A DNA stretch of 64,000 nucleotides from Octopus sinensis (lineage: Eukaryota), in the NCBI RefSeq assembly GCF_006345805.1, contig NC_043004.1:89280001-89344000 (forward strand), written 5' to 3'. Position numbers and translations under genes: made by a program. How positions within the stretch are numbered: position 1 is the first letter of the stretch; every line of letters begins with the position of its first letter. Under the pieces are notes generated by a model that was not told the origin of the DNA, made no database searches, and saw only the letters and a list, made by a program, of their open reading frames with translations. Positions 51,930 through 64,000 of this stretch are shown here, piece by piece.

Positions 51930-52300
51930 TAATAATGAAGTTATTGTATACAGTGCTCAGGTGCACCACAACTTGTCAAAAGTGCATATAAAGCATATGC
52001 AGTAATGTACAAATGTCTGGAAAGTGAACAGTGTATGAGTCAGATACATGCTTGCGTGTGTATGGCGGGGAGAAAATCAGGTGTAGTGTTGGCGAATCTC
52101 AGAAAGCATGGAAGTTTTGAAGGATGCAGTGCTCCAACAACTAACGCTGGCAGTTTGTTCCATACTTCAGCAACTCTTAGCGTGAAAAAATGTTTCTGAA
52201 AGTCAATGGAACTGTGCTGTTTTCTGACTTTGTAAACATGTCCATAGGTGTTAGACAGGTGGAGTTTGAAAAGGTGCTCAGAGTTATTGTTTGTAAGATA
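51930..52300 (-). mobile_element. CR1-like LINE 3' end
   Basis: Reverse-complement match to 49480-49835. Confidence 0.7.
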
Positions 52301-54619
52301 ATACCTTTTCTTACAAAACCAAAATCAGGACCTACTTATTCATTTTGTTTAAATACATATAAAAAGCACCCATGCTGGTGCCACATGAAAAGCACCTGTA
52401 ACACTCCCATGTATAAAACATCTGTGCCAGTGTCACATTAAAGCACCCATCCTGATACCACATAATAAGCATCTAGTACACTCTGTAAAGTGGTTGGCAT
52501 TAGGAAGGGCATCCAGCCATAGAAACCATGCCAAAACAGACATGAAGCCTGGGCAGCCCCTCAGCTGACCAACTCCTGTCAAAATGCCCCCCACCCCCAC
52601 GCGTGCCAGCATGGAAAACGGACATTAAATGATAATAATGGTGTGTTGAATTACTCCACATTGGTGCAGGCATGTGCCTGAACAGGATGCCAATTCATCA
52701 CAGAGTAAACCTTCAGTTACCACTGGAACTTATTTTCAGCTGAGTGTACTGGAGCAATGTGAGGTGAAGTGTCTTGCTCAAGAATACACTGCACTGCCCT
52801 GTCTGAGAACTGAACTCATATTTTAGCAATCATAAGCACTAAACCTTAACCACCTGACCAAGGACCTCCACTTGATGAACACTAAGCACAATAAATTTTG
52901 TTTTGTGTCTTTTTTTTTTTTTCAGCTAAACTAGATTAACACAAACCAGGTCATTACTGTGTTCAAATATGTTTTTTAATCAGACTTTGCTGCTGCTGCT
53001 GTTGTTTTTCAATAAACAGGTGTCATATTGACTTTACAGTTCAGTGGTGGTAGTGGTGGCAGCAGCGGTAGTGGTAGCAGTAGTAGTAGTAATAAAGAAA
53101 GATAAAGACACAGACATGGCTGTGTGGTTAAGAAGCTCACTTGGTAACCACATGGTTTGTAATTCAGTCCCACTGCATGGCAGCACCCTGGGCAAGTCTC
53201 TTCTACAATAAACCCCTCAGGCCAACCAATTCTTTGTGAGTAAATGTGGTAGATAAAATCACTGTGAAAGCGAGTATGTATGTATTTGAGACCCCCTTCG
53301 GTCATGAATGACCATGGGATTGCACCTAGAAAGTTACCCTCCCAGGCACAAGTCCAGGCAAGGTTGTTTATGGAAGACCAGCAGTCACCCATGCATACCA
53401 GCCTCCCCTCTCCACATCACCAGTGTTATCCAAGGGAAAGGCAAGGACCGATACAGATTGGCATCTGTGACGTCACAACTAGTTTCTACAGCTGAGTTAA
53501 CTGGAGCAACGTGAAATAAAGTGCCTTGCTCAAGAACACAACACGCAGTCCGGTCCGGGATTCGAACTCACAACCTCACAATTGTAAGTTTGACGCTCTA
53601 ACCACTGAGCCATGAGCCTTCACTATGTATGTATGTATATATCATCATTGGAAGGCACATGACTCAGTGGTTAAAGAGTCAGGCTTACAAACATGAGGTT
53701 GTGAGTTTGATTCCAGAACTGGGCTGCATGTTGTGTTCTTGAGCAAGACACTTTATTCTAGTATTTTGTCTGTCTTTACATTCTGAGTTCAAATTCCGCT
53801 AAAGTCAACTTTGCTTTTCATCCTTTCAGGGTCGATAAATTAAGTACCAGTTGCACACTGGGGTCAATGTGATTGACTTAATCCCTTTGTTTGTCCTTGT
53901 TTGTCCCCTCTATGTTTAGCCTCTTATGAGCAATAAAGAAATAAGAAACGTTAGCATGCTAAGAGAAATGCTTAGCGGTATTTCGTCTGTCTTTACATTC
54001 TGAGTTCAAATTCTGCTGAAGTCAACTTTGCCTTTCATCCTTTCAAGGTCGATAAATTAAGTACCAGTTGCATACTGGGGTTGATCTAAATGACTGGCCC
54101 CCTCTCCAAAAATTTCGAGCATTGTGCCTAGAGTAGAAAAGAATATTGCAAGGCATTTGCCCAATGCTCTATTAATTCTGCCTCTCCGCTGCCTTAAAAC
54201 TACAAGAAATATTCAAAATAATTCTTTAAATAAATCAATTGTTGTAAGTTTTGTTTCCATCTAATGTTAACCAAAACTTTCAGAATTAAATATGCAAATC
54301 ATTTTCCACAAAATACCAGTGAATTATAATTTTTAATGAAATAACAATGAAATATCAATAAAAAAAAATAGCATATTTTGTTCAGAAATACATATTAAAA
54401 TTCAATAGATAAGTATTGACAAATCATCACCATTACCACCATCATCATCACCACCACCACCACCACCATCGACAAATTCTTATATGAACAAAAAAAATAG
54501 CTCTCAATAAGTATCCTATTTGAATATGTCTTTCTGTGCATACATTAAAATAGAAATTATACAATTATTTTATAAGGTTTCTTTTTTTTTGACTCCCAGT
54601 TAAATACCAATTCAAAGAT

Positions 54620-55070
54620 ATTCATCATCATCATCATCATCGTTTAGCATCCGCTTTCCATGCTAGCATGGGTTGGACGGTGCAACTGGGGTCTGGGAAG
54701 CCAGAAGGCTGCACCAGGCCCAGTTTGATCTGGCAATGTTACTACGGCTGGATGCTCTTCCTAATGCCAACCACTCCATGAGTGTAGTGGGTGCTTTTTA
54801 CGTGCCAGATGAGTCTGGCAAACGGCCACGATTGGATGGTGCTTTTTATGTGCCACCAGCACGGGGGCCAGGCCAGGCTGGCAACGCCCACGAACGGATG
54901 GTGCTTTTTACGTGCCACTGGCACGAGGCCAGTCGGGGCAGCGCTGGCAACGGCCACGAACGGATGGTGGTGCCAGACGAGTCGGGCAAACGGCCACGAA
55001 CGGATGGTGCTTTTTACGTGCCACCGGCACGAGGCCAGTCGGGGCGGCGCTGGCAACGGCCACGAATGGA
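54620..55070 (-). mobile_element. (CAT)n-tailed SINE or LINE-tail repeat with internal GC-rich tandem repeats
   Basis: catcatcgtttagcatccgctttccatgctagcatgggttggacgg...ggatgctcttcctaatgccaaccactcc followed by repeated ggatggtgctttttacgtgcca units. Relatives at 35700-36100 and 27790-28130. Confidence 0.65.
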
Positions 55071-56960
55071 TGAAGGAATTAATAATTTCATGAAACTCTA
55101 ATCTTCTGTATTATGTATTTCAGCCTTTTGATAAGAGATATTTCTAAATGTGGCTAGAAAGAGAATTCCTCAACAGTTGTCACTTCATATGACATAAATA
55201 ACAGCAGTTTCAGTATTTTCTTTCCTTGAGCTGAATGCTGGAACTTTTTAGTATTTAGATATAAGGCGCAGGAGTGGCTGTGTGGCAAGTAGCTTGCTTA
55301 CCAACCACATGGTTCCAGGTTCAGTCCCACTGCGTGGCACCTTGGGCAAGTGTCTTTTACTACAGCCTCGGGCCGACCACAGCCTAGTGAGTGGATTTGG
55401 TAGACAGAAACTAAAAGAAGCCCTGAGCCTCGCAGCCCTTTAAATGAAACAAAGAAACAGCTAATTTTTTTATTAATAGACAAGAATGTATAAATTTATA
55501 ATATTAAAAGAATTCTTAGAGTAAAGAAAGTGCAATTACTATAAAGCTATTTTTAGTTCTTTGATGCTTAAAACCTCTTACCCTGAGTACAATCCTCAAG
55601 ATTGCATTGATTTCATTTGAAGTTTGGGAAATTTTCTATCAGACCCAAGGGCTCCACCAACTACATGTTGGTAGCCATCTTCCACATAGTCTCAAATGTA
55701 ATTAGGGAGATTGAAACTGTGCAGAAGCCTATGGTGTATATATTTTCATTTATTTCTTTATTGCCCACAAGGGGCTAAACATAGAGGGGACAAACAAGGA
55801 CAGACAAAGGGATTAAATCAATCGCATCGACTCCAATGTGTAACTGGTACTTAATTCATCAACCTCGAAAGGATGAAAGGCAAAGTTGACCTTGGCAGAA
55901 TTTGAACCCAGAACGTAACGGCAGACGAAATACCGCTAAGTATTTCGCCCGGCGTGCTAACGTTTCTGCCAGCTCGCTGCCTTCATATATGCCTATGGTG
56001 TATATATTTTCATTTGTTTGTTTATACTATCATGAGTTGGACAAGGATGTATTTGGGACTGAATTTTATAGCCAGATACTCTTCCTGTCACCAACTCTTA
56101 CTTGCTTTTCAAGTAAGGGATTTTTTTATTCTATAGGTTTTTGGAAGCCCAGAGTGACAACTTATAAATTCAACAAAGGATGTAGACATCATTCACCATT
56201 TTACTCAAGTGAAGTTGTGAGCTATAGGATTCTCATACATTTGTAATACACACACGTTTGTGTACCCATGCAATATGCCTCTTTCAATTTTTATCCACCA
56301 AATTCCCTTGCAAGGAATTGGTTAGCCTGATGCTATAAAAGACACTTATCCAAGCCACAGTGTAGTGAGAATGAATCAGAAAGAACACAGCCATACTTAC
56401 ACTTAGAGCAGGGGGTAGGGAGATAATACATATATGTGTGTTTTGCTTCTACAGCTGGAGTTTGGCATCCAGCTATAGAAACCATGCCAAAGTAGATAAT
56501 GGAACACAATACAGTCCTTGGATACATCAGATCCTCTCAAACCATTCAACCCTTACCAGCATTAAACATGGATGTTAAACAATGGTGAAAATGATGATGA
56601 CCCCACCAGTACAGGTGCCACTTAAAAAGCACCAAATCCACACTGTAAAGTGGTGGGCATTTGGAAGGGCATCCAGCAGTAAAAGCCACATCAAAACTGA
56701 TCTTGCTTGTGCAAGTGCCACATAAAAAAAACTCAGCCCTCTCTATGGAGTGGTTGGTGTTAGGAAGGGCATCCAGCCATAAAAACCAAGCCAAAACAGA
56801 CACAGAAACATGTCGCAGGCTTCCTGTCTGGCCAGCACCTAATAAACTGTCAAACTCATGCCAGCACAGAAGATGGACATTAAGCAATGATGATGATATA
56901 TCAGTATGATGTAAACAGTGCAGTGAACAGAAATACTTAGCAGTATACAAGTCCTGATGA

Positions 56961-57194
56961 GAGGCGGCGAGCTGGCAAAAACGTTAGCAGACCAGGCGAA
57001 ATGCTTAGCAGTATTTTGTCTGCTGTTACGTTCCGAGTTCAAATTCCGCCGAGGTGGACTTTGCCTTTCATCCTTTTGGAGTCGATAAATTAAGTACCAG
57101 TTATGCACTGGGGTCGATGTAATTGACTTAATCCCTTTGTCTGTCTTTGTTTGTCCCCTTTGTGTTTAGCCCTTTGTGGGCAATAAAGAAATAA
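56961..57194 (+). mobile_element. tRNA-derived SINE family B, with TSD
   Basis: GGCGGCGAGCTGGCA..CGTTAGCA...GAGTTCAAATTCC (B box)...CCCTTTGTGGGCAATAAAGAAAT. GTCCTGATGA duplicated at 56951-60 and 57203-12. Confidence 0.82.
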
Positions 57195-58189
57195 GTATAT
57201 ATGTCCTGATGAAGGATGTCCCTTCATGGCAAAAAAATAAGCTGGAATTTTTGTTTATCATACAACTAATAAAAATAAGTACCAAAGATGAAATTGGTTG
57301 GAACCTTTCAAGGCAGTGACCCAACATGACTGCAGCCCAATCGCTGAAACCGGTAAAATACTAAAAGAATGTGCTCACAGATAGAAGAAAGAGTGATGAA
57401 AGAGGAATAGAGTGTGAGTGATGGATACATGATGATTGTTAGTAAAGCGATTCAATAAAAGTATGACCATCAATGAGAATGTAGACATAAGAGAGTGATG
57501 GGAGAAAATGATTGATGTCAATAATGAGAGAGAATGAGTGATGGCAATGAAAATCAGTTATGGTAAATAGGGGGAGTGATGGATGGCAATAATACATGCA
57601 AGGAAGGAGAGTAATAAAAGAGTGGTGGTTAGTAACAAAGAAGGGGTTTGGTGAAGAGAGACTGAATAGATAGACCCCATAATGATGGCATCCCTTCTGA
57701 AAGAGACAATACAATGAGAGAGATACAGAGAGATAGCAAGGAAGCATACTGGTAGGAGAAGGGGTGAGTGGGAGATGAAAGAGTAATGAAGGTAGCAGAG
57801 AATGATATGTGGAAACTTAATATGAACACAATGATGAAGAGAGAAATCCAAATATAAATATTTATTTTCTACTCTAGGCACAAGGTATAAAATCTTGGGG
57901 GAGGGGGCCAGTCAATTAGAATAACACCAGTAAGCAACTGGTACTTAATTTAATGACCCTGAAAGGATGAAAACCAAAGATGACCTCAGTAGAATTTGAA
58001 CTCAGAATGTAAAGACAGATGACAAATCGCTAAGCATTTCGCCCAGCATGCTAATGATTCTACCAGCTCACTGCCTTCCAAATATAAATATTATATTTAC
58101 AAATCTTTATCATCACTATTTTTGCACCCATTTTTTTCTAATCTTGCTTGAATTTGGTACGTTTCCAGTATAGTGCATTACCATATACT

Positions 58190-58620
58190 CTACTGCTTTG
58201 CCATTTCCTTGAGACTTGTCTGCACCACTTCTCCCCAAGTTTCCTTTGGCTTTCCTCTTCTACAGGATCTTTTGACCCTGACCACTCACCATTTCTACAC
58301 AACTGTCATCCTCTATACACATTGCATGCCCGTATTAGTGTAGTCTCCTGACATGCACACTAGATTTAATTGTGTTTTGTATCCAGTTCCCTCTCAGCTC
58401 ATTAAAGGTTCCAACATACTGGTTCTAGTTCTTTCCAACCTTTGCAAATGCTTCACATTCAAGACCTATAATTCACCATCAAATTTCAAACATAAGTATC
58501 ATACAATCTGCCCTTCATGTTGAGAGAAAAACCCTGTGCTGCTAGCAGAGTAAGTTACTTTCTGAACTTTTTTCCACCTTGTTCTTACTCAGGAAAATAT
58601 GCTTTCAGACCATCCACCTC
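58190..58620 (-). mobile_element. Highly decayed RTE-like LINE fragment
   Basis: Loose colinear similarity to 28180-28590 (e.g. atcatacaatctg, tctgaactt). Confidence 0.5.
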
Positions 58621-59564
58621 CACTCTTATTTAAGCTAAGGATGACATATGTCTATTTTCCAGAACATATGTCAAAATTTCCATTCAGAAAGTATCTTAAA
58701 AATTCTCTAGAATTTCAGTTTCCATCACTTGGAAAAAACTTCCACAACTGACAAAGGGAAAATATATTTGATATGCTTGTTATCTGTGAAGCTTTTATAT
58801 CTTCGGATGTTGTTCTGGGTTGCCCTTTCTTCCCAACAGGTTGAACTTGTTGAAGGGGTCATGGTAGTTACATAAATTAATATTGCATGTTTAGTCTTCA
58901 TTGGACATCTCATTATGGCTAGAATAATAATTAAGGGTTTCTAGTTTTGGGAGGTTTTGTGATATATCATATATATAAAATGCTAAAGGCTCAAAGTGTG
59001 TTTTGGGTAGGGCCACAGAGGATTGTAACTGTAACTGAAGGTAGTGACCTGGATTCTGTCAGTTCAAATATGGCAACCCTAATTTAGGTCATCTGGTTAA
59101 CAAAAGCAATCAACAACTTCTAGGGTCCCTTTTAAGCATTTCAATGATTTATTGTACATATACTGTTACAACTAATTACAGCTGTGCAACCTTCCTGCTG
59201 CCAACTCTTGTTTTTCAAGGTCTTTAAAAGTACAGAGTATCTGGTCACAATATCAACAAGCAATGTCAATATCATCATTGTTCTATTCAAGCAGTGGTAA
59301 ACACAGAATATCAACATTCACACACACAAACATGTATATATATATATGCTGATGATGATGATGATATATATATATATATATATAGATTCTAACGACTTCA
59401 TTATTACAACTTATACGACTTGATACTAGTAGAAACTGCCCAATCCAGACTCAACTTACTCACACTCTAAAAAGGATTTGGGGTAGTTTGTTATATTTGA
59501 TACAAGTCAAAAGTTCTGGTACCATACATCGCTTCTAAGTATAACACAAAATAAACATATGTAT

Positions 59565-59770
59565 TACAAACAGAAAGAATGCAGGGAGTAAGTCTTTTTA
59601 ATACATCAGTTTACAATTGTTTCATCTAAATTTGATCTTAATAATGTTACCGTTTTGCATATTTTATTGCATAATATAACAAAATTGATGAAATCAAATT
59701 CAGATGAAACAATTGTAAATTGATGTATTAAAAAAGACTTGCTCAATCCATTCTTCTTGTTTATAATTAT
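59565..59770. mobile_element. AT-rich fold-back element with degenerate HHR motifs
   Basis: Arms about 59565-59640 and 59685-59770. + arm reads UUGAUGA-AAUC(AAAUUCA)GAU-GAAAC(AAUU)GUA with palindromic stem III ACAAUUGU. Confidence 0.55.
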
Positions 59771-62325
59771 AAAATCTCTACAGATATTTGTAGATTTTCA
59801 GATGTGTGTTTGATAAAATAATCTCTAGTTTACAACTATCTTGCCTGATAGCCAATACTCATGGATAAGCTGAATAGGGTAAATTCCAGGGTCAATATCC
59901 AAATTATATACATATCATTATCATTCAACATCCATTTTCCATGCTGACATATTATATGTGGACACATCTCTTTCAAATGAAGTGACAGAAAGTACAACCC
60001 GATATCAAAGTGTAGTAAAAGTTACATATCCTGTTCATTTTAAAACACTACAGTTGTCCCCTCATAGCTCAAATTTATAAGTTAGATATACCCAAAAGAG
60101 ATGTATCTATCACCCTTCACTGCTCTCTCCCTTTCTACACAAGTTGATTTTTTATACATATCATTAGGTATGCACATTTCCATTCAATAAAAATCTCTAA
60201 TATATCCTGCCAAAAAGAACCCAATAGCCAAATCTCATTCTACAGTAATGGAATAAATAAGCAATGCATTGCATGAAAATATAGCAGCCAAATAACTAAA
60301 AGTTATCATCATATTCCTTATATTGTCGATCTGACATACTCGAATGTTTACACAGCAAAAGGTTGTTTTCTTTTCAGAGGCTGAAAATGTTACATCTGTG
60401 AAAGCTTCCAACTCTACATGTTCTCATATACATCAGAGTACTTCCTAAATTTTTTTTTAAAACACTACAGATAGTCTGAATGTCAATATTCTGTAATGTT
60501 TAAAACTAGTCAAGCAACATCCTCTTTCTTTTTTAGCTACGAGAATTTGTTGATTAGATATCAAATCTAAAGAAACCCATTCAGTGCCTTTTCCTTCCCT
60601 CTTCACAGTACTAAATAACTTGCTTCCATCCAGAATCATTTCGCTTGAAAACCTGTGCCTCACACCGAATCTTATCGCTAATCTGCTATAATTCTAAACC
60701 AGGTATAGGCAACCATGTTCAAGAAGCAGGTGGCATGAAACATGGTTCATCATCAGGCAGGCCGCACTACTAAAAAAAGGGGAGGAGAGGGGGATAATGA
60801 AAATATTTCGTCAGGTGAAACCTGAAAGCTTACAGAATTGTTAAACTCCAGGCAAAATGCTTAGCGGTATTTCGTCTGCCGCTACGTGCTGAGTTCAAAT
60901 TCCGTCGAGGTCGACTTTGCCTTTCATCCTTTTGGGGTGGATTCAATAAGTACCAGTTAAGCACTAGGATCGATATAATCGACTTAATCCGGTTGTCCTG
61001 TGTTTAGCCCCTTGTGGGTAGTTAAGAAATAGGTATTTCGTCTAAATTTACGTTCTGAGTTCAAATTCTGCTGAGGTCGACTTTGCTTTTCATCCTTTCA
61101 GGGTCAATAAAATAAGTACCAGTTTAGCTCTGAGGTCGATGTAAACAACTTATTCCCTCCCCAATGAGCTTGCTCACCTTGTGCTAAAATTAGAAACCAA
61201 TATTTTGTTGGGTATGCCAGTCGAAAACTCACGTGGGTTGCAGGTTGTCTATGACTGTTGTAAACCGTGCATACTACCTCGTTGTTCGTATTCTCGACAG
61301 AGATTATCATTAAAATCTTCAGCTTAATTCATAGCATACACATACATAACGCCAGGTGTTTATTTACATGTTACCTCGGCTCATGTCAACAAACGACATA
61401 TACAGGTAATTTAGAATGTTACCTTTAATCTATATTCTTTTTCCTTTTGCAAATTAATTTTACATCTAACGGCTATAAAAAACGTGAACTTTAAGGTTCC
61501 TATATACGTATATATTTCCTTTATTCTTATAAACAACGAAATAAATTTCTTTTGCGCATCTCACGAACACGAACGAAGAAAAAAAACGAGAGTTGTCTCC
61601 CTTAAGCAGAAAGGTTATTTTATTTACTTTTTTCTGCATTATTTCTCCAACTGAAATTTCATGTTCTTGTTTACATTGGATGATCGAATATTCAGATTGA
61701 ACTGTCAAATAAATAAATAAATTGGGTCATCCTATAACAAGAGACTCGTCTGCAAAACTAACTGAATGACATTGTGCACATGTACGCACACGTTTTTATG
61801 CTGAGTTATAAATACAATTTTACACTAAATTGAAAGAATGCACTATACTTGACTGTGACTTCGAAGTTTCCCCCTGCATAGCTTTTATATGTATGGAGGA
61901 AGTTATGTGAAATTATTCTTCTTGTTTCAGATTGCGGCCATGCTAGGGCACCGTCTTAACTTTTGATAGTTAAATTCATTAGGCTATTTTGTTGGCGTTG
62001 TAACCTTTATTTCAAAAACTTTAAATTGTTTGATCAAGAAGCAATTACCCTATTTATCGATTTTTGCTTCTTAAATGCATTCCTTCACCTTATTCAAGAA
62101 TTTAATTGTCCCTGACAATCACTGAGCGAATTATTCTCTCCACAGCTTGAGAGCAATCAATGCGTATATTATACAAATCAGTAGCGTAGTTAAGAAGTGA
62201 GTAACGACGGGGGGTCCGGGCAGGTGACGCTTTTGGGGGTTGTAAAACCAGTATAGAAGACTGAGTGGAGTAGGAAAGGGCACTCGTGGGCTACCCGGGC
62301 GTAACACTGTGACTATAGCACTTAT

Positions 62326-62590
62326 GTATTATAGTGCGATAGGCTTGATAAGGTTACCCTGGGTTTCTCGCTCGCAAGGGGTTGCCTTACGGCGTATCTT
62401 CAGATCCCAAACACTCCTGGCCTGAGATTTCTTTAAAATAAGGAGAGGGTAAAAACTAGGTTTCCCTCTCCATATTTTCAAGGTCTCAGGCTAACAGTGC
62501 TTGGGGTCAGAAGATACGCCGTAAGGCTAAACCCCTTATGAGCTAGAAACCTAGGGTAATCCCATAAACCAACTTATCCTCACTATATTA
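62326..62590. mobile_element. Fold-back element with about 125-bp arms, each arm carrying an outward-facing HHR motif
   Basis: Long imperfect inverted repeat centred near 62455. - arm 62350-62408: GGGAU-CUGAAGA...CGUAAGG/CCUUGCG...GAAACCCAGGGUA. + arm 62503-62563 has CAGAAGA (mutated core) and stem I GGGGU/AUCCC. Confidence 0.72.
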
Positions 62591-64000
62591 ACTGCTCTAT
62601 ATTTTAGTGTGCTTCTCCTCCGGATTTATGTATTTCTACGAAAATTTATATAATATATATATACACACATACATATTTGCCTAGCTACGGTGAATCCCAA
62701 CGTTCAAGAGATACATATCCATGGGAGGTCTAGCTGTGAAATTTCTCAGACCTTGCTTACTGATTTTGTCCTTTTGCTGCACAAGAATGCCCGAGGTGTT
62801 AAGTTTCAGGCCCACTGCATGGCACCTTGAGCAAGTGTTTTCTGCTAGAACCCCAACTAATGGGCTGAACGAATTCAGTGGGAGCCAGTCAGGTATATAT
62901 GTTCGTGTCGTCGCATGTTTGTTTATACACCTCATAACTTAGTTTGGAATGGAATTGTCAGAATAATTATTAAAATTTTTTTCTGTACGATCGACTGTGC
63001 ACCAGCATGGCTACAATAGTCAAAAAGAGTACATCTCTCCGCCAATCCAACCCCACAACCTTACTACGCAAGTGACATTCTACCTTTTGATCAATGCTGA
63101 TTTTGAGTTTACTTTAAATGTGAAGCAGTTTTGCATGGATGGGAAGTTGATAATGTGAATATAAGAGTCATTGAAGGCATATTGACTAAAACATGCCTTG
63201 AAAAAAATATTTTCTTGACCTCAGACTTCCAACATTGAAAACTTGCAAGTAAACCAGTTCTAAATTCCAAGTTCAGACTTTAAAAAAAAAAAAAACTGAA
63301 TGGAAACATTTATGGGTTATAAGCAAGCGCATGTAACGGCTAATATCAATACTACAGCCAAGTAATAATTTTGCTTGACAAGTGTAGTCTTGGACCAGTT
63401 TATCTAACTGCATAGAAAATATTGCTGTGATCAAGTAGCCATGACAGAGCAATTTAGTTAATTAATCACAGGTACTTGCCTGAATGATTAAGGTGAGGCC
63501 AGATGTTCTTACAGCTGTATTCATGCTACACACTGATATGCAATAGTGAGTCTGGACATATGATCTTTCCATTATCAATTTCTATAACAGTGGAGGCACA
63601 TGGCTTAGTTGTTAGGGTTTTGATCATAAGATTGTGGCTTTGACTCTTGAACCAGGTGAGGTGTTGTGTTCTTGAGCAAAACACTTCATTTCATTGTTCC
63701 TGTTCACTTGGCTAGCAAAAATGAATAATCCCACAACAGACAGGTTATTTTGTCCTGGGCAAAATTTCAAGTGTTCCAATTTTGAGAAAAGGGTTAAACA
63801 TTTCCCAAACAGCCTCTGGTTCTATCTGATACAAATATCTCCATTTTAAAATTATCAAACAAGAACTTGCAAATAAAAGTGTATTTCAACAGAAATATGG
63901 TAATAAAAAGATCAAAGTGTAGAAGACTTCACTCAAAGAGACTTGAAAATCCAAAGGACAGCCATATCCCAAGTTTAGTAAATTGTTGAACTTCATATTC

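Noticed and set aside
56951-57225. CTGATGA motifs at 56954 and 57206 as hammerheads
   Set aside because: They are the TSD of a SINE. There is no downstream GAAA, stem III or stem I.
60378-60447. Possible further SLC4A11 exon (ttttcAG, then AENVTSVKASNST...stop)
   Set aside because: Wrong phase for the preceding exon, no SLC4 motif, and an in-frame stop.

Overview
AT-rich, repeat-dense eukaryotic genomic DNA. The SINE, LINE and microsatellite make-up looks like an octopus (coleoid cephalopod) genome; this is an inference from remembered repeat motifs. Almost all ORFs in the supplied track are microsatellite or repeat artefacts. The one well-supported host gene is a + strand SLC4A11 (BTR1/NaBC1)-like SLC4 transporter. 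Nine GT-AG exons between 18254 and 51511 join in frame and encode the cytoplasmic domain and the first transmembrane segments. The next expected exon (STEEI-like motif) was not found before 64000. Introns and flanks hold tRNA-derived SINEs, R4/Dong, RTE, CR1 and Penelope fragments, Tc1/mariner relics and MITEs. The main unexplained signal is a set of type I hammerhead ribozyme (HHR) motifs in about seven unrelated sequence families. The best case is a 353-bp tandem and inverted retrozyme-like array at 32968-34051 with three intact HHRs, two of them sense to the host pre-mRNA and exactly one unit apart. There is also a solitary intact HHR at 9965-10050, and four more head-to-head fold-back insertions whose arms each carry an outward-facing HHR. 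One of these is a tRNA-headed SINE with a 14-bp target-site duplication; its tail is found fused to a Penelope ORF fragment elsewhere in the window. Repeat boundaries were read by eye and are approximate unless a TIR, TSD or splice site is quoted.
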